Source of the DNA: Mytilus californianus
Lineage: Eukaryota
Length of the DNA stretch: 64,000 nucleotides
Assembly: GCF_021869535.1 (NCBI RefSeq)
Contig: NW_026262581.1
Span: 5,022,001-5,086,000, forward strand
Direction of reading: 5' to 3'
Shown here in pieces: positions 36,201 to 48,296 of this stretch. The position numbers and the translations under genes are program-made. Position 1 is the stretch's first letter. Every line of letters begins with the position of its first letter. A model generated the notes under the pieces. The model was not told the DNA's origin and did no database searches. It saw nothing but the letters and a program-made list of their open reading frames with translations.

Positions 36201-39200
36201 TGCGGCCCGATTAAACGTGTTGGTATTTTGGTTTTATTAGTTCACATAATTTCAGGACAATTTACAATTGTTGAATGCATAATCAAAGGCTTATAGAAAT
36301 TTTTATCTATCAAGTATTGGTACTTGTGTCTTATTTTCAATGACATAAATTTCGGTGTTAGTGTCTCTTGATGAAGAATTTTGTCTTGCATATAAAACGG
36401 CGCTAATATTTCGTTGTATATATACACAACAGTACAATGTATTCTTTGAAAAAATGAATTCGACATGTTATATAATTATGTCGAATTTTCTGATTAGAAT
36501 ATGAGACAGACAATGCTTGAAATGTGTCACTCATACATATTACACTTTAAAAAACGAAGCTGGAAACAGTTTTTTAAAGTATAATTTACCATTGTAATTA
36601 CAAAAAGTGTTTTATGACAATAAATCAAATTTTATTTATGTATTTTTTTTTATTTTGTAATTTTGTGAAACAATACAAAATTACTAATTTAATGGTTCTT
36701 TATGTTGTACTTATTATTAGGGCAATATATCATTACTTTATAGATATAGCCTCCTTCTACTCCAGTATGGTCTCACCTTGTATGAACTGAACTGATTCTT
36801 TTAAGAGATATGCACTAGTGTGCTAATGTTCTTTGCACGTTGTAATCAACTTACAAAGTGTTTAAAGAGGTTTAATTGCTGTAAACATTAAAAGGAGTGT
36901 AATATGTAAATAAAAAACTTTCTTTTTGTTTAAAAGCATACATGTACATGTATATCGTATTACCTTAGCAAACAACATCATTTCAAACTACGCAAGAGAG
37001 CTTCTCTTTTCTTTGAAGAATGTTTGAGGATAAAGTATGATGCATTTGGTTTTGTTTGTTGATTTGATAAACTGTTTGGCAAGATGTTTGCATAAGAATA
37101 GGTTTTCTTGATTTTATATTTGCACATCCGTAAACATAAATTCGGTTGAAAATAACGAACTTTCAAGTTAGTTGGTCTCATATATTATACTGGAGTGAAA
37201 TATCCCAGTTAATCCTGCAATTTGATTTGTTACCTAAACAGGGGATAACAGCCCATATCCCCTGTGAAGGGAAACAAAGATAAAAATGGTAATTAGTGTT
37301 GAAAGCAGGACACAGTATAATATAATTGTTATTCGGGCTTCACAGGGGATATGGGCTCATATTTCCTGCTAGTGCCCTATATCCCGTTCGACTGACGGCT
37401 CAGGAGGTAATATGAGCCCACATTCCCTGTGAAGATCCTGAATAACATATATGATTCAACATAAGAAACCCATACACAGGATGACAATATTTGTTTTAAA
37501 CGACAGAAGAAAGGCTTTTTGAAACACATAATGGATCCGTTCAATTTAAATATGCTCGTTACTTATAACTCAGTACCGTTCATGTGACCCGAATTCCGGT
37601 CATAAGCATTATTTTTTGCTAAACATTTGATTCAAACCTCAAGTTATTGGCTACCTTACCTCATACCGAACAGACTTTGGACTTAAATGAAATCTGTTAA
37701 TATCAGTTACTCCTAAAGTGTCAGTGAAGTGTCTTTTGTAATTGACCTTTTTGGAAAAATAGATCAATTATCATACCTTAGCTTTTCAAAACCACGACTG
37801 TATTATAAAAAGAAATTAAAATGAAAATGTGGAAATCAGAGGTTATGAAAATGTTGCATTTGGCCATCAGGATTATGTTAATCAATCGTTCACTTATGCT
37901 GTTTAAAATATTAAGCCCCCAAATATTGTGTGACCCGATACAAATTTCCATCATTTTAATAACATTATGTATTGCTTGAATCGATAAATGAAAATACAGA
38001 CTAGTTCATGCTTGTTTAAGCGCTGTTCTTTTGCCTTTTGTGTTTTTTTGCTGTGTGTGTACTGGTTTTGTGCCGTGGATGGAAACCGCGTAGCTATGGA
38101 ACGCCATGACTGTCTTCTGATGTTGATTGTTAAATATGTTCGGTGCTTTATGCATTACGTTCAGTAGTATTTATATTTTGTTCAGTAGTTTTCATATTAT
38201 GTTCAGTAGTTTTGACATTATGTTCAGTAGTTTTGACATTATGTTCGGTGCTTTGGTTATTATCTTCAGTAGTTTCATTATTATATGCAGTGGTATTTAA
38301 ATTATGTTCGGTACTTCTGACGTTATATTCAGTGCATTTTTCATTATGTTCAGTACTTTCGACATTATGTTCAGTAGATTCAATATTATTTGCAGTACAT
38401 TATGTCTTACCTTCAGTGGTCCCGGTTTCTTTATATTCGGTAGATTATTCATTATGTTCAATAAAAGCATCAGTATTATACTCGGTTCAATGAACTATAT
38501 GTTCAGTAGTTGTATCATTATGATGATGCAGTGAAAGTCGGGAAATCAATAACGGAAATTTTCAGAAAAAAAACGAACGCGGATATTTTCGACGGACGTT
38601 TTCTTCATGGACACTTTTATGGGATCAGGAATGAAAATGGAAGAAATGGAAGCAGTATTAAATTGGTTTGGTTTACGTTGACACATTGGCAATTTTCACA
38701 AGGAAATAAAATACTCCTGACCTAATTTGTAAGATGTCATGATTGATTGATTGTTTGTTGTTTTCTGAACGTACAGTGGCAAATATTTCACGCATATTTA
38801 TGACGGAGAGAAGATTTTTAAACAAGAAATTGCATGCGTTGTCGTTGATACAACATGACCATAGAGAGACGACAAAAAGACAAACAGCAAAAAAAATAAA
38901 ATATAAAAACATATTCTATAGCTTTTGTATTCCTAGTAGGTAATCATTTTTGTTGGTTGGTTGTAGCATATTTATCTCATGCACCGACTTTTAAGAGACC
39001 ACGAAAAATCTCCTTGCAGATACTCCTATATTATTCTGCATCCTACCCCGCTAATAGGCGCTTGAATATCAGATATTTATTTGAAATAACCCAAGATAAA
39101 TGAGGTTGTGGATGAGGTTTACAGAATAGAGAAAGTTGATTCATAAATATAACCATATCAATGATAATTCATGGTAACACGGATTAGCCTCGAACTTGAT

Positions 39201-41966
39201 CTGGATATTGTCAATCTATTCCTCTTCATTCTGGCTACCATTGGTGGATCTAGAGACTAAATCCAGAAAAATGTTTTAAACGCTCTGTTCAAGAACAGAT
39301 ATTAAGTTATTGGTTTGGGTAGTTTCTAGTCTCTTATTAAACAAAAAGGGTCATGTTTTATGCATTGCTTTAAAATACATTTGTAATAAGAACCATAACT
39401 GTACAGAAATGGTGAAAATTTGCACATAAATAAAGTTTTGCACTTTGTATTTTGATATTCATTACCTGTCTAATAGACAGTCTATGGTAATCATATTTAC
39501 ACTTAGACCTAGTTAGTTTTTGTGTATACAGCTTGAATTTGGAAGGATAAAAATCTTAATAAATGATTTCAAAATGACAATCATACTGATACTCAATGTT
39601 CATTGTTTGTAGCACTTTGTACAATATTTCATTCTATACCCTTTCATACCAGCATAAATTTCAATGTAGCTCTTTGAATGAATGAAATTTATGACTAGTT
39701 GTTTTCTGTTTTTTCTGCTATTGCAGAGCTTTTTGCTGTCATTTTTGTCTGAACTCTATCACGAACTGTTTTATCATTGTTGTAATAATTTCTGACACAA
39801 TGCAGGAGAAGAATGTAAGATTACCTTTGTCTGCAATAGTGGACGAAATAGTACGTCAAGATTTGTTAACTCGTGCAAGATCGTGATTTTAGAGGAAAAT
39901 ATCGATTGTACATAGTTTGAATGGTAACATCAATTAACCAGTTCTGATTACGACCAGTTCAACATTTCATTCGGTATGCAGAAAAAGTTTAGTTATTCTA
40001 TTAATCATTTAATTCTGTAATCACTTTTTTTTTTTACCTTTTTCCAAAGTTTTAAACATTTTTTTTTAAAGCACCCCTTTATTCTCTATTCTTTACTTTT
40101 TGCCCACCTTCTCTTTTTGGGGGGTAGGGGCATTATTCTCTATTCTGTAAACCTCATCCACAACCTCATATATCTTGGGTTATTTCAAATTAATATCTGA
40201 TATTTAAGCGCCTTTTAGCGGGGTAGGATGCAGAATACAATAAGAATATCCAGAAGGAGATTTTTGGTGGTCTCTTAAAAGTCGGTAAGTCTGTGCATGG
40301 ATTAATATGCTACAACCAACCAACAAAAAGGATTGCCTTCTAGGAATACAAAAGCTATAGAATATGTTTTTATATTATTTTTTTTTTGCTGTTTGTCTTT
40401 TTGTCGTCTCTCTATGGTCATGGTGTATCAACGACAACGCATGCAACTTCTTATTTTTTGTTTAAAAATTCTTCTCTCCGTCATAAATATGCGTGAAATA
40501 TTTGCCACTATACGTTCAGAAAACAACAATCAATCAATCATGACATCTTACAAATTAAGTCAGGAGTAATTTTTTTCTTGTGAAAATTGCCAACGTGGGA
40601 ACGTAAACCAACCCAATTTAATACTGCTTCCATTTCTTCCATTTTCATTCCATCCCGTAAAAGTGTCCATGAAGAAAACGTCCGTCGAAAATGTCCGCGT
40701 TCGTTTTTTTCCGACAATTTCCGTTATTGATTTCCCAATTTTTACTGCATCATCATAATGATACAACTACTGAACATATAGTTCATTGAACCGAGTATAA
40801 TACAGGTGCTTTTACTGAACATAATGAATAATCTACCGAATATAAAGAAACCGGGACCACTGAAGGTAATACATAATGTACTGCAAATAATATTGAATCT
40901 ACTGAACATAATGTCGAAAGTACTGAACATAATGAAAAATGCACTGAATATAACGTCAGAAGTACCGAACATAATTTAAATACCGGCACTGCATATAATA
41001 ATGAAACTACTGAACATAATAACCAAAGCACCGAACATAATGTCAAATCTACTGAACATAATATAAATACTACTGAACATAATGCATAAAGCACCGAACA
41101 TATTAAACAATCAACATCAGAAGACAGTCATGGCGTTCTATACATAGCTTTCGTTTTTATATTGTAGTGGACTAATTATTTAAGTTTTTATATTGTAGTG
41201 GAAATGGCATCGGGCTATTTACTGGACGATTCGTGTTATAATGGCAGCATATGCTCTAGGGGCTGTAATAACAAGCTATGTGATGTCCGTTGGAGATAAA
41301 CATATCATTCTTGTGTATTTAACCATTTGGACATTCACACTGCTTACAATACATCTATGGATAGCTACTGTCATAACAATATTTTACAGACCAACTATGG
41401 ATAAATCTGGTGAAAAAATGCATGGTGTTACAAATCCAGATTTTCTACCTTCAAGTGTTGAAAGTACCATTTCACAAACAGCAGACACGAGCAGAAGCAA
41501 CATAGAAGATATAAGATGTATTCCGTGGTTCTTAAAACTGTCATGGTTGCTTGGAAACGTCGTGTTGGCATTTGAAATTGTGGTTACAATAATTTACTTT
41601 GTATTTTTATTTCCGGATGAGAAAAACCGGGGCGTATTAATCAACAACATGAATATGCATGCTATGAATACAGTGTTTGTTTTGGTTGATTTTTGTATTA
41701 GTGCAAGACCTGTTTATTTGCTGCATGTGATTTACCCAATTATATATGGAACTATCTATGCTGTATTTAGCGTCATTTACTGGACACAAGACCACGTGAA
41801 TAACGTGCTATATTCTGTTCTAGATTGGAATAGTCCAGGTTATGCTATTGGTCTGGTAGTGATTTTAGCTATTGTCATTCTACCTTTGTTTCAACTTATA
41901 TTTTTTGGATTGCATCGTTTAAAGTTAAAGATCTATTATCATTTATATAAGACGACATATTTTTAA
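33137..41966 (+). CDS. rost: Protein rolling stone-like multi-pass membrane protein (Far-17a/AIG1-related), 2 coding exons, 283 aa
   Basis: Exon 33137-33220 (MCDILKAEFKLQNFGFPCSKPEALYTCQ|gtatgt) joins exon 41199-41966 (tag|WKWHRAIYWTIRVIM...YLTIW...HAMNTVF...HVIYPIIYG...Y.VLDWNSPG). The EF.L..FG...Q-W N-terminus and YLTxW, HxxN, YxxLDWxxP motifs are typical of the family. Confidence 0.88.
33985..35170 (+). mobile_element. 5'-truncated RTE-X-like LINE (RT C-terminus), in the rolling-stone intron
   Basis: VFRKGG, GRKALF, YYDLGRLPL, GR...RLC...EDEVHFIYKCPSY motifs; several stops and frameshifts. Clade assignment is tentative. Confidence 0.75.
35410..35640 (-). mobile_element. 3' end of a non-LTR element with (TTA)n tail
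   Basis: (AAT)n run at 35412-35438 preceded in sense by AATAAA; no coding remnant. Confidence 0.45.
37327..37447. mobile_element. Hairpin MITE
   Basis: TGTTATTCGGGCTTCACAGGGGATATGGGCTCATATT pairs imperfectly with AATATGAGCCCACATTCCCTGTGAAGATCCTGAATAACA. Confidence 0.6.
38092..41149. repeat. Large inverted repeat (foldback-like): ~1.0-kb arms 38092-39133 and 40136-41149 around a ~1.0-kb spacer
   Basis: Arms are reverse complements along their length (roughly 90% by eye); the outer ~400 bp of each arm is a degenerate 21-bp tandem array (TTATGTTCAGTAGTTTTGACA-like). Confidence 0.9.
41199..41966 (+). CDS. Rolling-stone-like second (terminal) coding exon
   Basis: TTTTTATATTGTAG acceptor, CTAAT branch-like site at 41172-41176, 768-nt open frame with several hydrophobic segments. 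Confidence 0.9.
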   Translation, partial: WKWHRAIYWTIRVIMAAYALGAVITSYVMSVGDKHIILVYLTIWTFTLLTIHLWIATVITIFYRPTMDKSGEKMHGVTNPDFLPSSVESTISQTADTSRSNIEDIRCIPWFLKLSWLLGNVVLAFEIVVTIIYFVFLFPDEKNRGVLINNMNMHAMNTVFVLVDFCISARPVYLLHVIYPIIYGTIYAVFSVIYWTQDHVNNVLYSVLDWNSPGYAIGLVVILAIVILPLFQLIFFGLHRLKLKIYYHLYKTTYF

Positions 41967-42249
41967 AACATTTATAACACTCAAAATGTCTGCATGCATT
42001 ATCTAACGTCGTTTCAATGATAACGAGTATGCTACATCCTTGGTATGTCGTTTTTATTCGAAGATGTGCCCAGTCCCTATCTTCCGTGGCTAGATCTAAC
42101 TATTGGATTTATTTGCTTGAAAACGACATCTGTCATAGTTTGGTAGTTTAATACATTGTCAGGATTTGATGGTATGTAGCTTGTTCATATAGTTTGATAC
42201 ATCTTTATCAGATCGTTCATATAACTTTTTGTCATCCAGTGGCCTTTTA

Positions 42250-44201
42250 TAGGCACATTATTTTACAATATCATTAAGCAAATGTATGAGGTAAGCAAAT
42301 CCTGCATTCGAATTAAGAACAGCATTACTGATTTCTTCCCTATACAGCTTGGAGTTAAACAGGGAGATAATCTAAGTCCTAACCTGTTTAAGGTTTTCAT
42401 CAATGACCTTCCCAACTATTTGGAAAAATCTCTAGACCCTGTAAATATAAATGGGCGATCTATCCATTGTCTGATGTATGCCGATGATATCATTTTACTA
42501 TCTACTACAGCTTCTGGTCTTCAATCAAAACTTGATATTATGGGAAAATATTGTCAAGATTGGTGTCTTACTCTCAACCCAAATAAAACAAAAATTGTGA
42601 TTTTCAACAAGGCAGGCAGACATATCCGCCTCAAATTTAAATACAAAGAATATGATATAGAATGTGTACAACATTGTAAATATCTAGGTGTGTATTTTAG
42701 TGCTTCAGGTACATTCTCCTATGCTCAGAATGAATTATACAAGAAAGCTTTAAAAGCATATTTTTAAACTTAGAAAAGATTTATTATCTCTAAATCCTAG
42801 CTTAAAAACTAGTATACATGTTTTTGATCATACTATTAAGCCTATTCTTCTTTATGGAAGTGAAATTTGGAGCTCATTTAATCCCTTTATAGCAAAATTT
42901 AGATCTGGGAACCAGTTAACATTAGATAAAATTTATTCGAATTTAACTTGTGAAAAGCTACACAGTAAATTTTGTAAATTTATTCTGGGTGTGCACAAAA
43001 AAAACACAAATTTTGCAGCCTTATCTGAACTTGGTCGGTTTCCACTGTACTTTGACTTAGTCAATTCTATTTTGAATTATTGGCTTAGACTAGAAAATTT
43101 AGACTCATTTCCTTTATTACAAGATGCATACCAGCATTCAAAAACTTTATTTTCTCAGCATAAATCGTCATGGTATGGCTCTCTCCAGCAAATTTTAAAA
43201 ACTCTTCCTGGGTTTGCAAACCTAAATGATGGGAAAAATATTTCCAAAAAATACCAGAAAATATTGAAAGAGACATGCATAAAAATTTGGAAGGATCAAC
43301 TGACCAAGAATTCAGAAGGGAAGCTCCGCACTTATGTAAAATTTAAGAATAATTATGGTTTCGAAAAATATCTAAATATCATGTCCAATTTTGAACTTAA
43401 GAGATCATTTAACAAAATTTAAGGTGTCATCTCACCATTTGCAGATTGAAATAGGACGATACCAGGGTACTCCTCCACACCTTAGACTATGTCAGCAGTG
43501 TAACTCTGGATATATTGAAGATGAAGTTCATTTTCTCTTTTATTGCACAAAATATAACGAAGACAGACACCATTTATATCACATTATTTCGGAATCATGT
43601 CACAATTTCATTAACTTAAATTCCCAAGAGAAATTGCTATGGCTGTTGTCTTGTGAGAACTTAACTGTATTAAAAGAGTTGTGTATATTCCTGGTTAAAC
43701 ACTGCAAATAGCAGATTTATATAACATGTTTCGCATAATTAATAATTGTTGTTATTTTAAAAAAAAAAAATTATTTGTTAATTGACCGGATTCAGTTTCT
43801 CTATTTATTTTGTTCAGCTGCTTCTGACACGGGGAGGATTGCTGTTATTGCCTATCGTAATCAACAGTATATCCTAGAGCACCGTCCCTTGGTGTCTCCT
43901 GCAGATGAACAAATTTCCATCTTTATAGATAATAAGTTAAGGTTGATCAAACTTTATTATTAATACTTTTTTTTTATTTTTACACTGCTGGACATAAGGA
44001 AGGAAGGAAAAAAAAATACTCAAGAGTACTTTTTATGTATTAATACTATTTTCATTGTCTATTATAATATCTGTCACGTTATATACTGTACAATGTCTCA
44101 TGTTTGTTGCTTATACGATCATAATTGTTAATTGTAAATGCCCCCTGTGGGACCATGATTGGAATAATAAATATTTGATTTTGATTTGATTTGATTTGAT
44201 T
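42250..44201 (+). mobile_element. 5'-truncated RTE-X-like LINE (RT domains to C-terminal Cys/His motif, 3' UTR, (ATTTG)n tail)
   Basis: GVKQGDNLSPNLF, YADD, KYLG, ELGRFPL, EIGRY...RLCQQC...EDEVHFLFYC; frameshifts; tail at 44173-44201. Confidence 0.88.
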
Positions 44202-44267
44202 ATAGCTTACTGTATGGTATTGGTTTTGCTTATTGTTGAATGCCATACGGTGACATGTAGGTGTTCA

Positions 44268-44483
44268 CAGCCTTGTCATGTTGACCTATGAGGATAGTTG
44301 TCACAGCCTTGTCATGTTGACCTATGAGGATAGTTGTCTCAGCCTTGTCATGTTGACCTATGAGGATAGTTGTCTCAGCCTTGTCATGTTGACCTATGAG
44401 GATAGTTGTCTCAGCCTTGTCATGTTGACCTATGAGGATAGTTGTCTCAGCCTTGTCATGTTGACCTATGAGGATAGTTGTCT
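44268..44483 (+). repeat. 36-bp minisatellite x6 inside a family-C tail element (44203-44520)
   Basis: CAGCCTTGTCATGTTGACCTATGAGGATAGTTGTC(T/A) at 44268, 44304, 44340, 44376, 44412, 44448. Confidence 0.95.
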
Positions 44484-44789
44484 CATTGAAAATCACACCA
44501 AACCTCCTTATTTTTATATACATAATGTGCAATAGCAAAATAAAGCAAGCAGCCGAAGCTATTTTTAAAAGTATTATCTGAAATCTCGAACTACTTTAGG
44601 CAAAGACGCTAAAAAATATGAAATATTTTTATTCTGTTAAAACTTACTGCAAATAAATGTTTGACCATTGTTTTTATTTGATCTCAAAACTAACAAACGT
44701 TGTTTTCTCAGACTCTAAATTTATTTTATTCATAAAAAAATCGACACGTTATAAATATTGTTATCACACATAATGTTGTTTGAAAAACA

Positions 44790-45175
44790 CTTCGAGTACT
44801 CTGATATCGGTGCATTGTGTCTATTGTATTTATGTTACTGCTTGTTTTTTACATGCTTGATACCGATCTATTGAGTTAATCCATTTGCAACTGTTTTACA
44901 GTTTTTTATTGTGTTGTTGTGCTGTTGCATCGCTATCCAATGTTTGGGGAGGGTTGAGCGCACACGGACATGTTTAACTCCGCCGCGTTATCTGTGTGCC
45001 TGTTCCAACTTTGTATTTCGTTAATTGTATTGTTATAAATTTGGCCGTTGGTTTTCTCGTTTGAATTGTTTCATACTTTTCTTTCGGGTCCTTATATACT
45101 TGACTATACGGTATGAGGTTTTTCTCATTGTTGAAGGCCGTACGATGACCTATAATTGCTTATATCTTAGTCACT
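44790..45175 (+). mobile_element. Penelope-like family C fragment
   Basis: Colinear with 47780-48230. Confidence 0.65.
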
Positions 45176-45284
45176 TGTAAAAGAAAAAAATTTAGTGCCG
45201 CAAATTCTTTGTATGACAATAAAACCTTTCTGTACGTATAGATAACTTCTTCACATCGATTTTACCAGTTTCTTGTGAAGTAAA

Positions 45285-45950
45285 CAAGGCTGATTGGTTT
45301 GTCCTTTGCCTTTTACTATGTGTATTAATGATTTAGCTATAGAAATCTCAAGTCTTTGAATAAGGGTTTTGACTTTGAAAGTATAAATGTAAGTATCTTA
45401 CTATCTGCAGACGATATCGTTTTACTCGCACTAAATGAGGCTTGCTTACAATGTGTGCAAGATTGTGTAAATGAATGGTGCTATAAATGGAGATTAAGTA
45501 TAAATTGTATAGAAAATCCAATATCATATATTTTAGACATAGCTCTATTTAACGTTCTACTTTCATGTTTTGTTTTGGAAGTCATAGTCTAGTCTATGTA
45601 GATTCATATAAGTATGTATGTGTATGGTTCACTAAACATCTCTCTAAATATGCCAAGCGGACATTAAGCTGTGTGACTGCAAAATTTATACTTCATTTGC
45701 TTGTGGTGCAATGAAGTATCAAATGTTCCAAAAACTGACTGTATGAAAGTTTGGTACAAGCATAATTGCTATAAGGCTCGGCGATATGGGGACTTATGGA
45801 ACATAGACTTATTGGTAAAAGTTCAAAATAGGGCTAGTAATTCCTTGGAGTGTCTTAATATACAAAAAATACTGCAGTGCGGGGCGTTTATGGTGGTTGT
45901 CTCGTTTGGCTAAGCAGAGACTTAATGTATTGAGATTTTACTATAAACTT
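45285..45950 (+). mobile_element. Highly decayed LINE RT fragment
   Basis: KQG...IND, LLSADDIVLL, WCYKWRLSIN remnants. Confidence 0.65.
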
Positions 45951-46143
45951 CTTCAAAATACAAACAAATTTCCCATTTCCCATTTTGTTTAAGGTACACC
46001 AATGGTGACAACGAAAGCGTAGCTCTTGAAACTTTAATGTGGTAAAATTATTACGCAGTAGTCCATAAAAATCAGATTCAGAATCAGAAAGAAGTTAAAA
46101 GTAAAACAAAAATATTTGTTGAACAGTCGAAAGTGAATGGTAA

Positions 46144-46937
46144 AGCTGTGGTCACACCTTACCGGATAGCTCGAACGGGCGCCAAACGGATGAAAAAAAG
46201 TTTTCCGTTAACAAAATTTTTATCCGTTGGGAGTCCGTTGGTGTACTGACCAAATAAAACGGACGCGTATAACAAATGCCTAGCGGACACACACAGGATA
46301 AGCAACGTACGAGAAACGGAAACGTACCGGACAGAACGGATATCGACGTACATCCAACGGATGAGTACCGCATAAAACGGACACCTAACGGAAGCATACC
46401 GGATAAAACGGATGAACAAGATAAGCGGAAAATTAAAGGCTGCAATATTAATACATGTAAATCACATAGGCCTACACGTGACCTTTTAAATAATTAAAAA
46501 GTTTCTGTGTAACTGGTTTTAGTTTATTCTTCAAAATGCCGCCAAAGGGTAGGGGTGGCAAAGTCTAGCCTGAATAAGAGCTGCTTGATAGTGAAGACGT
46601 GCTCTTACTCCAAAATTCATCATGAATAATAAACATTCATCACACTCAAGAAATCTGACATACCAATAATCGGCATTTCTGACGCGAAATTTTCAATTGG
46701 CATTTATCCGTTTTACATTCGGTACGTATCCGTTTTATCCGTTATCCTTCCGTTCATGTCCGTTTCACATCCGTTCATCGTCCGTTTTATCCGTTATACG
46801 TCCGGTAGAAGTCCGTTGGTGAATTGGTCTACCGGACCTCCAACGGATGTATAACGGATAAATAACGGATACAAAACGGAAACGGAACGGACGAGTACCG
46901 TAAAAGACGATACTGAAAAATGTGTGTGCGTGAGACC
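46144..46937. mobile_element. PIF/Harbinger-like non-autonomous DNA element
   Basis: TAA|AGCTGTGGTCACAC left end, decayed GTGAGACC right end, dense subterminal AACGGA / TCCGTT motif arrays in opposite orientations. Confidence 0.6.
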
Positions 46938-47384
46938 AAAATCAAAACGATTTTATAATTTGTGAAATTTCATGTTTTGTATTAACGGAGATACTATTTT
47001 AACAAACCAGAATTATTATATTTGTTTAAAATTCACAAAATGTTTACATAACCCTTTTTATTATGTATTTATCGTATTTGTTTTTACACCATTCTCATCT
47101 TTGTTGTTTTATTCAAGTGTTTGCATTTTTTAATTGACATCATTCTGATAATAAACATAAATGATGGTTTACATGGTTCCATAAATTTCAGCTTAAACTT
47201 TACCGGTGTTTTTTTTTTCTTTCTTTTATCTTTATTATAAATGGTCCTGTTTTGTATTTTAGCCATTTTAAATAGTTTATAAAATGTATATACAGTGTCT
47301 ACAAAGTCCACTTTGGCTGGGTATTTGTCTTTTTTATTTTAATGTACTGTAACAGTGTATAATGTATTTTACATATTTGTATAA

Positions 47385-48296
47385 AACTTACGGTGATGTT
47401 GTTTATCGAGCCCGGAAATTTATATACGATCCGGGTAAACTTATCAATCCTTTTAATAAACTTATTCTAAAAGGTAGCCATTTCAACACTGTAATTAGAT
47501 CTTTGAATATTGTTTTTATTGGTATAAATATTGATTTTGTTATCAGTAAATTAAAATCATACTAATTAGTTTTGTTATACACATATGTTCTTTAACGGTA
47601 CTACAATAAGTCGATACATTTATTTTGGCATTGCACAAGGTCATGTTTTTCTCTGGCTGTTAATGACGTCTTTACACTAAATCCATTGGATGTTGGATGT
47701 GTACTGATTGATATTTTAGACTTAGATACATGATTTTTTTTATTAGTTGTTTTGGCTTAGAACTAGCTGCCAGTAACTGCGAGTGCTCTCAGATCTGTAC
47801 TTAGTGTCCTTTTAGTTGTTAGGGATGAGGGATGGATAAATACCCTGCCACGTCCAGTCTGTGTTTATGTTTGATGTTTTTCTGCTTTGTATCGATCTGA
47901 AGAGTTAAGCCTTTTTCAACTGATTTTTATAGTTTGTTCTTATGTTGTGCTGTTTCACCACTGTCCCAGGTTAGGGGAGGGTTAGGCGCTCACAAACATG
48001 TTTAACCCCGCCACATTTTTTATGTGCCTGTCCCAAGTCAGGAGCCTGTAGTTCAGTGATTGTCGTTGGTCCATGTCTGTCACATTTGTTTTTCGTTAAT
48101 TGTTTTGTTATAAATTATGCCGTTAGTTTTCTCAATTGAATTGTTTCATATTTTTCTTGTCGGAGTCTTTAATAGCCGACAATACGGTATGTGTTTTTCT
48201 CATTGTTGAAGCCTATAATTGCTTACATCCACTTTATTTGAACTTTGGTGGATAGTTGTCTCATTGGCAATCATACCTCATCTCCTTATTTTTATA
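47385..48296 (+). mobile_element. Penelope-like family C: ORF C-terminus + complete 3' UTR
   Basis: YGDVVYRARKF..P.KL..PFNKLILKG.....IRSLNIVFIGINID aligns with the family A C-terminus (YGNILYKAQK...P.KL...LNRLIRKGY...SLRIAYFGINID); ends in the GTTGTCTCATTGGCAATCATACC tail. Confidence 0.8.

Noticed and set aside
38143-38534. Hydrophobic ORFs of 76-116 aa (also 40742-41094)
   Set aside because: They are translations of the 21-bp tandem array in the inverted-repeat arms; no splice or domain support.
39727-39814. Exon-like segment (TTGCAG acceptor, GTAAGA donor, ATG CAG GAG AAG AAT) in the foldback spacer
   Set aside because: The exon at 33137-33220 gives the family-typical N-terminus. Included as a cassette, this segment has an in-frame TGA. 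No homology support.
44230-44538. ORFs with perfect 12-aa repeats on both strands
   Set aside because: A 36-bp minisatellite inside a retroelement tail; a unit divisible by three keeps frames open.
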